Assembly: GCF_001194135.2 (NCBI RefSeq)
Contig: NC_068990.1
Span: 31,249,642 to 31,291,170 of the forward strand
Reading direction: 5' to 3'
Origin: Octopus bimaculoides
Lineage: Eukaryota
Length of the DNA stretch: 41,529 nt
The notes under the pieces are model-generated. The model worked only from the letters and a program-made list of their open reading frames with translations. It ran no database searches and was not told the DNA's origin. A program made the translations under genes and the position numbers. Of this stretch, positions 1 through 11,759 are shown piece by piece; the first letter of the stretch is position 1, and every line of letters starts with the position of its first letter.

Positions 1-232
1 TGGCACATAAAAGACACCATTTCGAGCGTTGCCGTTTTCGTGCGGGTGACACGTAAAAGCACCCACTACACTCTCTGAGTGGTTGGCGTTAGGAAGGGCA
101 TCCAGCTGTAGAAACTCTGCCAAATCAGACTGGAGCCTGGTGTTGCCATCCGGTTTCACCAGTCCTCAGTCAAATCGTCCAACCCATGCTAGCATGGAAA
201 GCGGACGTTAAACGATGATGATGATGATGATG
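1..232 (+). mobile_element. 3' part of a SINE with an RTE-LINE-type tail ending in (GAT)n
   Basis: Near-identical to 27218-27470 in this window. Has the 14-bp palindrome CCATGCTAGCATGG (184-197) just before a (GAT)n tail. Truncated by the window start. Confidence 0.85.
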
Positions 233-1549
233 AAAGAAATTATTTCAAGAACAAGTGAATTTTAAAGCCACTCTGACTCATCAATGCTTTTCATTATGTT
301 TTATAGACATTTTTTGTCCTTATTTTAATATAAAAATTATAAGTGGACATTAAAACGATAATTGTCACTGCCATCATCATCATCATTAAACAGAATATAT
401 TTTTGACAAAACCAATTCTGAGAAATGGGTAAGTTCATGTTGCACTTACAAGAACATGTAATTATTACAAGAAACATTTCTCAAGACAGACATGTATTCA
501 ATGATAAACTGATAAGATAACATCTTTAAAATTTTTTTTAAATAAACCAACAACCCCAAGATTAAACCTTCTGCTGAGAGCTTAGAATTATTTTAGCAAA
601 ATCTTTCTCCTTATTTCATCTCTTTTGTTATCACAATAATGTAACTTAAGACAGGATAAGCAAGTCCACACTATTGGAAACAAAAGTTTATTGTATTATT
701 AAAGCAAATGTATCTGAGATGAATAATGAACTGCATGATTACAAGTTATTCAGTTTAAAAACAGGAAAGCACTTTAAAAGTTTTTCCACAAAATATTTAC
801 ATTATAAATTAAATGAGCAATTACCCAATAAATTCATTGATAATTTCATCAACTTCAAATAAGAAAACATTAAGAGTTATCAAAAGGCAATATTTACATT
901 TGATTTGATTATTTCTGTAACTGTTTCAAAATGAATGTATATACACACAGAGATGCAAACACATAAGAGAAATTACAAATCCAATAATTTTAATAGTATT
1001 TCAAAAATTAGATTGAATAAAACAATTGTAAATAATTGAAAAGTGTTTAACTTAAAAGTTATTATAGATACTATAATTATACTTTTATAATATAAATTTA
1101 AACATGAATTCTAACAAAAAATATTTGACAATGAAACAAAAGTTTATCATATATCTTTTGCAAACCATATTTGTTTATTTCATAATTTAACTATCTGCTG
1201 ACATTTGACACTGTTCTTAAACTAATGAATTTATCAAGAAATATGAATGCAATATGTATTAAAAACAATCAATAAATAGTAGTATATTTTTCTTAGAAGG
1301 TTATCAAAAATATGACCAGAATATTGTAAAAATCTTCATTTTTTTTCAAATGTATTTTTACTATCATGACATCCTATTGCAAACACTTTATTTATAAGCT
1401 CAATTCTTGATCTTTTATTAAATCAATGTATTTATGCATGATCTTATCTATTTTTAATCATTTAGAGTCATTCTTTAAGGAAGGAGTTGGTTTCTAACAA
1501 AGGTACAAAACTCCAGAATTGAAATGTAGATAAAAACAATACTACAACT

Positions 1550-2200
1550 AGAAAAAATCTTGCATATTATTACTGTTCCACTTACAAATTGTAATTGTAA
1601 TATGCAAGTTAGCTGGTTGATTTCTATTTCTGAAAACCCTAACTTTTCCAGATTGTCACTTAGTCATTTACTCACAAAACCAAGAGCACTAATTATTATT
1701 GCTATAAATGTAAAGTTATAATCTAGGTATAGAAGCTGAAGGATTTGCGACATTTGTCCATAGTAACCTTCTTTCAGGGCAACTGACCTTTGTGATGGTA
1801 CAATTTTTCCTGCCTATCCCCCCCAAAATTGCTATCTGGCCTATTAAGTTTGCACCTGGCAGAAGTTTTGATAAGAATGTTCTATCGATATTCCTTCGGT
1901 TGATGTTTATATATGCATTCAATAACAGGGAGAACTATATATATTTTATCCTAGGACAGTCTTTTTTTTGAATGACGTTGTATATTATTTTAATGACAAT
2001 GTCATGTCATACTAGGAGGTAGTACCTTGACGACATTTTTGGGCAGCTACTGATCACATGTACAATGTCTTCAACAGAAATATGACACAATAGACATTTC
2101 TGGTTCTGTATTAGTTCAACAAAAATGTTCTCTTTTTCCTGAATGTTTGATGGTTCACATACGTTAGGCAGCTGACTTCTACAACACTGCATGACTTGTT
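1550..2200 (-). mobile_element. Decayed 3' end of an RLE-type (R4/NeSL/HERO-like) non-LTR retrotransposon ORF
   Basis: Minus-strand frames read CLLCHISVEDIVHVISSCPKMSSRYYL (CCHC knuckle), then HDIV, NRPD...KVSCP (PD-(D/E)xK-like nuclease region), then LQLLYLDYNFTFIAIIISALGF...NLEKLGF...SGTVIICK. Interrupted by stops and frameshifts. Confidence 0.75.
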
Positions 2201-2440
2201 TGTTTGTGTGTGTATTCTATAATATTAATACTACAGATGTAAGCAGGAGGCTGTCTTTTTCACTATTGTCATCTTTATTACAGCAATCACAGTTTTAATG
2301 TTTTTTCCCCCTTTTTTGTTGCTGCTGCTATCACTTGGATAGGCCTTCAACACTGCATTACTCCATAAATTTTGATATTTTTGTCTCATCTGTATGAACA
2401 ATGATTTATTTTAGATTTATTTCTTACTTAATATTTTCAG

Positions 2441-2507
2441 CTTACCTTTAAAGCTTACAATTAGCAAGTCTCTGATCTCCTCCTTGCTTCTCAGTCATCT
2501 GTACAAT
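2441..2507 (+). CDS. Candidate host exon, unidentified (LPLKLTISKSLISSLLLSHLYN)
   Basis: Acceptor aatattttcag and donor gtgagt, with one open frame (phase 2 to 0). No recognisable homology; could be chance. Confidence 0.22.
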
Positions 2508-2888
2508 GTGAGTGAAGCAAAACTAAACATCTGTATGTGTATATATTTGTGCATACATTTAAAATGTTTGCATATATACTCTATACACCTAAGTGTGTGA
2601 CTGAGCATATGTATATGCAATAGTATTTAAGTTAGTTTCAAACAGTTAACTATGAATAGCATTATTATAAATGAGATCCATCAATTAAATTAATATAAAT
2701 ATTTTTTCATTTTAATCAGTGTTATAACATCTTTCGTATTTTTTTTTTTTTTTTCCAATTTTTCTTGTCTTCAGAATTATATACATTTCAATTTTGTCTT
2801 TTTAAAATGAAGAGGTAGCCAACTGTATCCACATCCCTTCCTACTGCGTTCTATTTTGTGTGTCAAACAACCTAGATTAGTGTTTTAC

Positions 2889-2973
2889 CTGTCTGTAATT
2901 CCCAGAACTACAATCCATTGATAAGCCTATCTGTCTCTGGAATATTTTCTGTTGAACCATTACCCAAAATGAA
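2889..2973 (-). CDS. Candidate host exon, unidentified (SFWVMVQQKIFQRQIGLSMDCSSGNYRQ)
   Basis: Minus-strand acceptor aaatttcag and donor CAG|gtaaaa, with one open frame. No recognisable homology. Confidence 0.2.
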
Positions 2974-5025
2974 CTGAAATTTAACATTAACCATTTTATT
3001 TACTACTATCTATTTCAAGCTACTTTTCAGAATTTTGGGCACTATCTTTTTCACTCAGATTCACTTCTGTAAAGGAAACTGCTGATATCACTTTGAGAGA
3101 TCTACAATATAGCAATGTTATTTTTCCTCATACTCAACTATAAATATTTAACCTGTTATCTTACATTCTTCTGTTTTTTAAAATACACATCTAAATCAAA
3201 TCTTCAGAAATGTATTCTATCATTTCATAATTTGATCAACACACAATATTCTATTCTGTAAAAGTGAGCCCCACAATGTATCTTCATCATACTCTTGAAG
3301 CACGTATTTCATCATCATCATTTAACATACATCTTTCATGCTGGTGACCAATGTTGCATATTGCTCAAATCAGGATGATATACCACGTTCAATGTAGTAA
3401 ATCTGTCTCCAAAGAAAGTTATCTATCCAATTAGCAATCCTTCACTCACTGCTTTAATACAACTGACACAAAATTCGAATTGCTAATATGTAAATATCAA
3501 TCAGTTTCAGCCATGGATCACACTCAAATCATCCTTGTTAATCTACTAGTATTGAACAATTTAAAAAGTGATCTATCACAAAGATCAGATCATTAGATTG
3601 AACAAACTAATATTAGGAAGAAATAAAAAAAAAAGAAAGATATATCCTTAAAAAAAAAAAACAAAAGGTACCCAAAGCAGCAACTGCTGTTGTTGCTGAA
3701 ATCTCATTTGTATGATGCCAAAAAGGCAAAGTTAAAAGCATAACAGAGCTAATGATGTAGAAAAATAACTCTGCTGGATGTGAGTTTTGTCCTGACTGAG
3801 AAAGCTGTATATAAGACTCATTGGCTGAAATCCCCATATGTCATGTCTATCAAAGAAAAAATTCTTACTGAAAGTTCTAAAGAAATTAACACTTATCTTT
3901 ATGTCTATTTTGCTAGTTTCATGGTTTCTAAACATTTATTTGTATACTTATTTTAGCAGTAAAATATATGCTAGTATATTCAATGTTTAAATGAAAACAT
4001 GTAACATATGTAATTATTATTTATATACTGTTTATTTATAAACAAAAAACATAACAAAAGAATACATAAAGTGGAAATACGTTATTTAGCATTTTCATAA
4101 CTGACTCAAAAGATAATGTTGAGGGCTCAGTAAAAGTTCTATATAAAATTTGTTAAATGAAATCTGAAATATCATCATCATAATAAATGCTATTTTATAA
4201 ATAATCTTATCATACACTAACTAACTTAATGAAAAGAAATTAACAATCTGTACAATTGAATAGTATATGCATCTATGGCCTGAATAACAATTTAGTGCAA
4301 ATCAATATAACTAAAATAAATATTTCTAATTTACTTAATACATTCAGAAATTAGAAATCAACCCTGCTGAGATTTTAATATTAGCAAAATATAACAGGTA
4401 GAATCAAATATTAACTGTTGATTACTATCTTTGAAGATAATAATCAAGATAATAAAAAAAAATGAACATAGGCTGTAGCAACAGTATTTAAACAAAACTA
4501 ATACAATAATAACGTAAGATGAAAAGAAATAATTGGTTCAAAACTGCTCTGTTTCATGTAAGTAATATTCTGTACATATTTTTCTTTACTTCTGATGCTA
4601 AAATGGTATTCACATGTAAAAGGGTTTTCAAAACAATTATACAAGAATTATCTCAATTTATTGACTCATCAGTCTGGTTAGTTCTTGAAGGATGACTAAG
4701 TGCATATATTCTGATCCCTTGAATAAATGTAATATGAAACTAATAACAAAAATAAATTGTTTTACAAAAAGGACTGCTAAACAGCACAACTGCCAGTGAA
4801 AATAATTGATGAACCAAATTCTTAACTTAGCACCCATTAATGGTTGAAAAGTGGAACTCCTTCAAATCCTTATCCACACCCCAATAATAGAATTACCTGT
4901 AGAAGACTGTGGTGCTGCTTCAAAACAAAACAAAAAAAAAAAACCAAAAAAAAACGTGTGAAAAAATTCCTCTTCTGAAATCACTGCAACATAAGACTCA
5001 TTTGAAGTTATTGAATCATAATTAC

Positions 5026-5110
5026 CTGTCTTAATTGCTTCCAAAACATAACACACATGGTGCTTAAATGCACAGACATTTAGATATTTTTCAAATTTGT
5101 ATAGCATCCT
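5026..5110 (-). CDS. Candidate host exon, unidentified (RMLYKFEKYLNVCAFKHHVCYVLEAIKT)
   Basis: Acceptor cttcattag and donor CAG|gtaatt; open frame, phase 0 to 1. No recognisable homology. Confidence 0.18.
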
Positions 5111-5718
5111 CTAATGAAGCTTACAACTATTAGTTTCTCACCAAAAGTTTTAATATGTAGATATCCTCTCATTAACCAAGAGAACTATACCATTGAAGCT
5201 ATTGATTAGGAAGTTATAAATCTAGTATTTTCAAAATAGCTTGTATTTTCTAAATGTTTACACCAATAAGCTTCTGAGGAGACAAGCTAAGTAAATCCCA
5301 CTTGTTCAGTAAATTTTGAATTGTACCACTCTACTAGATTCATATATATTATCAATTATAAATGCATATAAGTCTATTAAAGAATAATTATGTATCATCA
5401 TGTGGGATTTAGCTGAGCAAGTTATATATGTTGCAGAAGGAAATGATTCACAGTAGAATCAGTTAAAGATGGAAAAATTAATTTAACATCTGAGACTATT
5501 CCTAAAATAGGGCAGATGAAGAGGGGATGTCATACAAAATGCTTTATACATTAAGAATATAAAACCCTATAGAAATCTCTAAGATAAGCTGAAGTTGTAC
5601 ATTATTTACAATTGACAGATATTTGTCCTCGTCTTGTTTGTTGTTAACACGTCTTCATCAGGTGTCTTGGGGAAATTTCGAACCTGGGTTCTCATTCCTA
5701 AGGTATTTTTTGATGTTG

Positions 5719-5749
<31 letters not shown>

Positions 5750-5754
<5 letters not shown>

Positions 5755-5809
5755 TCACTGCCTGGAATCGAACTCAGAATCTTGGGGTTAGTAGCCCGCG
5801 CTTTTAACC
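5750..5809 (-). pseudogene. tRNA-derived Pol III head (5'-truncated, not a functional tRNA)
   Basis: Minus strand reads GGTTAAAAGCGCGGGCTACTAACCCCAAGATTCTGAGTTCGATTCCAGGCAGTGACCTG: a D-arm remnant, an anticodon-like stem-loop and a perfect B box. The 5' acceptor strand is missing. Confidence 0.7.
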
Positions 5810-5926
5810 TTCAAGATTCTGAGTTCGATTCCAGGCAGTGACCTGAATAATAATAATAATAATAATAACAACAACAATATCAAAAAATACCTTAGGAATA
5901 AGAACCCAGGTTCAGAATTTCCCCAA

Positions 5927-5972
5927 GACACCTGATGAAGGCTGGAGGGTATATCAACCAAAACGTTGCGTT
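5927..5972 (+). ncRNA. Degenerate minimal type I hammerhead ribozyme
   Basis: Stem I GACAC (5927-5931) / GCGTT (5968-5972; the left arm implies GTGTT). Core CTGATGA at 5932-5938. Stem II GGCTG...CAACC has one mismatch. AAAA replaces GAAA (5960-5963). The palindromic ACGT stem III and GUU triplet follow. Confidence 0.65.
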
Positions 5973-6779
5973 AACAAATAAGATGAGGACAAATATCCGT
6001 CAATTGTAAATAATGTAAATAATGTACATAATTCCTCATCTCTTAAATATAGAACTGTATTAAGTTGAAGTTGTGTATCAAAGACTTGTAGCATATATTG
6101 GTAAATCATTCTTTAGCTATCTATGTTTGGTGTCATAAACAAGTGCTAAAAGTCATGAGGCAGCACCCAGCAGTGCAATATTTTTACTGAAGTAGTTGTA
6201 TTTTGACCAGAAACACTAGAAAAAGTAGCCTATTTAGTTTTCACAAATGATAGAGATTTTTAATACATATAGATCAAAATTTTACTGCCTTAAATAAAAA
6301 CTGGATGCCTGAAACACAGATCCTTGTAGGGGACTGGATCTCTCTTCAAGGCCATAGAGTTTTCACCAATTTCACAAAGACATAATACTAAATCAGTGTT
6401 CCTGTTTTTCAATGGGTTAGTTGGTAGAAAGGAAGATTTCAAATAAACAAACCACCTAACTCTGGTAGTAGTGGGTCTCTGACTGGTAGAGCATACTTCT
6501 GTCAACTTATAAAGCATTATATTGATTTTTAATTGTTTTTTGGGGTAAACTTGCTTCAGAGCATTCGTGAATTTATTTAGTATATAACATGGAAGTCATT
6601 GTAGTATGAATACATCACCATAATCAAGGTCTGTGAGAGTTGTATCCTGCTTTAGCTGTACTTAGATGACAGGGCTTTGATATGATCAATGAAAATGGCC
6701 TTGCTTGATATGCAGAAAAGGAATAAGTATAAACCTAATAAGAGGTGTAGTGAAATCATAGGTAGGCTAACAGAGAAAT

Positions 6780-7140
6780 TAAACTTCATATGTAACTGAT
6801 GCACTGGAGCAGTATGTATTTTGAGCACACTGGGAATAGATCCTCAATAGTTTTTGCTACTATGGTTGATAGCACAAAAGCCTATTTCCTCATGGTGAAG
6901 GGCAGACTGTATGATGCTTGTGTTAGAACTGCAATGTTACATGGTAGTGAAACATGGATCTTGAATGCAGATGACTTGAGAAAACTAGAAAGATATGAAG
7001 TGAGTATGCTCTCTCGGACATGCAATGTAAGTATGTATAAATGACATAGTACAAGTATATTGAGAGACAATCGGACATAAGAGGAATGTTATGTGAAAGA
7101 TAGATTTACTGGATAGTGCTTGCCAAAGATAGGGACCCAT
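6780..7140 (+). mobile_element. RTE-clade LINE, C-terminal ORF relic
   Basis: VKGRLYDACVRTAMLHGSETWILNADDLRKLERYEVSMLSRTCNV matches the typical RTE post-RT motif (LY..CVR.AML.GSETW). Confidence 0.85.
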
Positions 7141-9289
7141 GAAGACATGAGACAAAGTGGTGAAGGTTAATCTCAGGCCCTTGATCTTGAAATCTTATCT
7201 TAAAATATTTACATCTCACCTTAAAATATTTACCCCGAGTTATATTTTCTTTGCAAACCTATGTTAGCTTTCGTTGGAAATTAGTGCAAAAAATCTCTGA
7301 ATGTTCATTTATTTTTTCTTGATCTAAGAGGAATAATCTTGAGTTAATTTTAATAATTTCCAGTGATTTATGTCAGAAGAAAATTAAAAATCCTAAACTT
7401 TTTTGATTACCACCAAATATTGATTTTACCAACTTGTAAACATCACCTGAGTATGTCAATCTATAGTGGTAAGATGACTAAAGTGTCAATAACACTAAAA
7501 TTGATATTAGACAGTATGTTTTGTATCAGAACAAGGAAACAACTTATTTCTTACACCCGATAACAAGCAAAGAAAAATCTCCCGTAAGCCTTACGATTTA
7601 TTAGATTGCAGAATGCTAAATCAATACACAATAAATAAATAAAAGTTTGAAAGAAATTGCAAAAAAGCTCTAGAGAAAGCAAAAAAAGCTTAGTGACATC
7701 AAACATTATCTAATGAATTGCCGATAGCAGTATGGGTCAAAATTAGCTGTGTTCTGAATAAAAACAACACTTTAATCCATGATGATGGAACTGTAAAACT
7801 GAAAGGAACAGTACTAACATGAAATTCATTGTTCAATGCTAACAACACAAAAGCACACACATATTGCAAAAATCATCTACAGAACAATAACAAGCCTGGA
7901 GTTAGTTAAGGTAAACATTTCAATATAAATGTTATTTTTTTTCTCTATTCTTTAAACTTTTTATTTTTAATTAGACATTCTTGCAAGCTAGCTAAAACAA
8001 TGGAAGGAGAGAGGGAGAGAGAGGATGGGGAAAAGAGAAAGAGAAAGAGAGATGAAGAAGATAAAAAGGTTTTACAATTAAATGTGGTCATGCAAGGATT
8101 GTCTTTCTAAATGATACAAAATAAACGTCAAGTAAACCACAGTAAATTTATACAGAGAATGACACATTTGTAGCTTGCGTCAGCACACTTCACAAAGCAA
8201 ACTGGATTAACTTAGATGCAAAGTTAATGTTACTAAACAAGATGAAATAAAGAAATAACAAATATCTAATCAATACTAGATAATATTTATTTTGAAAGCA
8301 TATACATTTTTAATTGAAATACCTGACTACACACCTAGAAACACTTGTAAATAACATGTTAAACATGGGAATATTTTCTTTATATTGCACAAAGTAATTT
8401 AGGATATACAAACTAAGATATAACATGAAACAGTAATTTATCAAGTAAAAATAGTATTCTGTTTTAGTTGAAACTATATCTCCTGGAAAGCATGTTAAAG
8501 AAAAAAATAAATTGTACAAATATCAGGGGATCTGTCATGCTTGTATTTTCCCCAGAAAATTATATGAAATAAAACAAATATAAGGTAATACAGGGCTATA
8601 ATCACTTCTCAAGCTCTGAAACTTTAAAGATTAATCAGTTGTTTGTCATTTTAAGAGTAGCATTAAACATAATTGGAAGGACTTTAGATCAACATATTTA
8701 TGTTATTGTATGCCATAGTATAATTGTATGCACATATGGGTGGTGTGATGGCTCAAATGCAGTAGTGCTTGCAACCATCTGACATGTGACTGTCCTTTGC
8801 TAACCCATGTGATGAAGTGTGAAGAAGCCTAGTGTGGGAGTCTTACCTGCAGTCACACATGGGGTTGCAACTCCAGGCTAACTTGGCAAGAGATCTCGCA
8901 ACAGTGGGTCCCACAGGTACAGTATGTTGGCCTAGCTTGGTTAATACACCATGATGTCTTCTGAGTGAGTCCAGAAAGACAATGGCTATGAGTAAGTGCA
9001 CCATGAGATAAAAAAACAAGCTATGGCAGTTAGCTTTAAGACAGTTTCTAATAGATTGGATTCCCAGCATCTTCCAAAGGCTAGAAGGAGATAGCAGTTA
9101 CCTTGAGTCCTCCTTGCTAACAGAGGTATCTTCTTCACAATAGGGATAGTGGTATTGGGAAATGTGCAACCAAATGCAACTATAATATTCATTGCAAATA
9201 AATCTGCAATATGGATCTGGGAGTCCAGCAGAAATAGTCCAGCAACAGAAGCAGGTCTGGATGTACAACAAATTTTTAGTCAAAGATCT

Positions 9290-10760
9290 GCACACCAGAT
9301 GTACAGGACAACAGCTCTTGGCAAGACAAGCCAACCCAGCACCAATCAGCACTTATATCCTGCATTATGAAGTACTACACAAAGACACTGCTGTGCTTAG
9401 TGAGTGGGTTCTCTCATGGAGGTTGGTGAAGGCTATGCCTTTTTTTTTTCTAGAAGAGGTACCCTGAGGGTAGATATAATTGACAGAACATTGACTGTGC
9501 TGTGAGGAAGTGTCTGCTGCCTAAATTGAGTGAGACACAGGTTAGTATGAGTGAGGATCTAATGTTCCTTTGAAATGCTTTTGCAGAGATGTAGGTCACA
9601 CTATTAAGTTCCTATGCATCTAATTTGGAATCTGACAGTCAAGAGAACAAATGCATTTATCAGACATTGACTAAAATACCAAAACAAGATAAAATTATGC
9701 TAATGAGTAATTTTAATGTAAGGGTTGGGAGGAATTTTTAAAATCTTAAGAAAAAGTGATCAACACCCATAGTGGTAAGAAAGTAACAACAATGGCATCA
9801 GACTTCTTTCTCTGTGCAGAGTATTACTTCACCATTACCAATGATTTCTTCCATTAGATCAAACATAAACCTCCTACATCCAATGACCATCACCTCATTG
9901 ACTACATCAAAGTTAGGTGGGCAGACCTCAATGATGTTCTACTCACAAGAGCAATGATAGGTGTTGAGTGTTGGAGAGATCATAACATGACAATACAACA
10001 ACCAGATTGTAAGTGCACTCTCTTATGACACACAAGAGCACCAAACAAGATGCAACTCAGCTGCTGTAAGCTCAACAATCCTGTGAGTTGCAAGAATTTT
10101 TGTCACTCTCTAGCTGTCAAACTGAAAGTTTCAGAGGCATTCATCACCTCAGGAGGTAGTACAGATGAAAGATACATAGTGAATAACAAAAACTCAAGCG
10201 ATCTAGATATGCATACAGTTTAGACATGACATGCACAATTTCTGACACAATAAGGATACTATCTGACCCTAGAAATTGTCCCATGGTACCAGTCAAGTCA
10301 TTAGACAGTACATTTTTACTGAAAGACCAGTCTACAATAATAGAGTGATAGAATGCATCACCTGACTGTTAAACCAACTCACCTCAGTGGACTGAGCAAT
10401 CATGAAGGAATCTTATAAAATGATCTTTCCATAAGGATGATATCTCATGCTGTTGCAGTAGGGCTGAAACAGTCTTTGGAAAGACTATGAACTGAAAAGT
10501 CACTGTTAACTTAAAACTCGATTAAAATATTTTCAAAATTAGGCCATCACTAAGCTCAGACCCAAACTAAAGTATAGTAATGAACAAGTCTCATAGTTCC
10601 CACTTTGTAACTAATTCTGCAAGCCATCATCTCAGCAGCTGTTACAGCTTATAAAAGAATGGACTTGTCAGTTACTGCCCAGAAAACCAGAGGTCATATC
10701 TATCAGCAGCATACTGTACTGCGCTTTTTCAGTACAACAACAACAACTAACACTATCCTC
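9290..10760 (+). mobile_element. Decayed BovB-like RTE LINE (APE endonuclease plus an internally deleted RT remnant)
   Basis: Frameshifted motifs DTAVLSE...SLMEVGEGY.FF, NNGIRLLSLC and HLIDYIKVRWADLNDVLLTRAMIGVECWRDH, then GLSVTAQKT near 10650. Confidence 0.75.
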
Positions 10761-11224
10761 CCAATTCAGACAAGGAGACACTGAGCCAACCCAACCCCAT
10801 TAAGCCACCAAATTATATTTCCCCCTCCCCATGCACTACACCTACCTCTCTTTTCCACTCACTCCAGCAACCTACTCAACACCATGTCATCTCCCGCTCT
10901 TGTTTTCCTCTTGTCTACACTATTCTGCTGCTTCACACAATCAGTCATCTCCTAATCCCCCTTCATTCATCCATACTCTCATGCAACATCCATCCATACA
11001 TGTCGTCCTGTCTCCCCTCTCATTTCTACCCACCTTATCTTTTGAAGGTAAAACTCACATTTCATCACTATTACTTTTATTGTTTACTAGCCCCACCCAG
11101 TCGTTCCACCTTCTCTTCTAAAGTGCAAGTAGTCATGTAACTCCTCCTCAACAAAACCTATTCTGTTCTGGTCCCTTCTTTCACACTTTTATATTTCATC
11201 TTACAGTATAAAGCTGCTCCCTTA

Positions 11225-11415
11225 GGTTTGTAGTGACCTCACTAGAGCAGGTAGCATGAAAAATGCACTCAGAACACACTGCAAAATGGTTGGTATTAGG
11301 AAGAACAGCTAACAGTAGAAACCATGCCAAAGTAAATACTTGTGAACAATCCAGTCCTGTCAAACTATCTAAGCCATGCCAGCATGGAACATGAATGTTA
11401 AGTAATGATGATAAT
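11225..11415 (+). mobile_element. Old SINE 3' part with an RTE-type tail
   Basis: Diverged homology to 1-232: tggttggtattaggaag...gtagaaaccatgccaaa...catgccagcatggaa...gttaagtaatgatgat. Confidence 0.7.
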
Positions 11416-11759
11416 GAGACAGCACACTGAATGAGGAGATTTTAAACAACCTCAGAGAGGCCTTTGTATCCTTTGGAGGGCTCAAAAGATAATCTTTCTA
11501 AAGAATTATCTCTACCTCCTGACCATGGTCCTTATTAACTTTGCAGCCTACATAACATCCAATCTCCACAAGATTCCTTCAGTTACTTAGCAGATAGGAC
11601 CATACATACAGAAATCCTCTTTTAAACCAATACCAAAAGCATTCAAACCAAATGATATAGGAATCAATTGAAGTGGCTTAGTTATATCATGTACATGTCT
11701 GAATTCCATAACCTACTCTACAACTAGCTATACCATAGCCAACACCTGTCTGGAAGACC

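Larger units (their letters stand above)
5598..6059. mobile_element. Fold-back non-autonomous element: tRNA-like head + (AAT)n + hammerhead motif, probably Penelope-dependent
   Basis: The left arm (5598-5784) is the reverse complement of the right arm (5812-6017), apart from a few substitutions and a ~27-nt deletion in the left arm. The 27-nt loop is 5785-5811. Both arms carry B box GAGTTCGATTCC and (AAT)n. Confidence 0.8.

Noticed and set aside
1716-1922. ORF with LPG...GQIAILGG..RKNCTI resembling a cyclic-nucleotide-binding motif
   Set aside because: It lies between the CCHC knuckle and the C-terminal motifs of an RLE-LINE relic and is explained by that element's frameshifted nuclease region.
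5750-5845. Possible tRNA gene(s)
   Set aside because: The acceptor stem and 5' part are missing and the sequence is embedded in a repeat; it is a SINE-type head. The same applies to 27503-27575.
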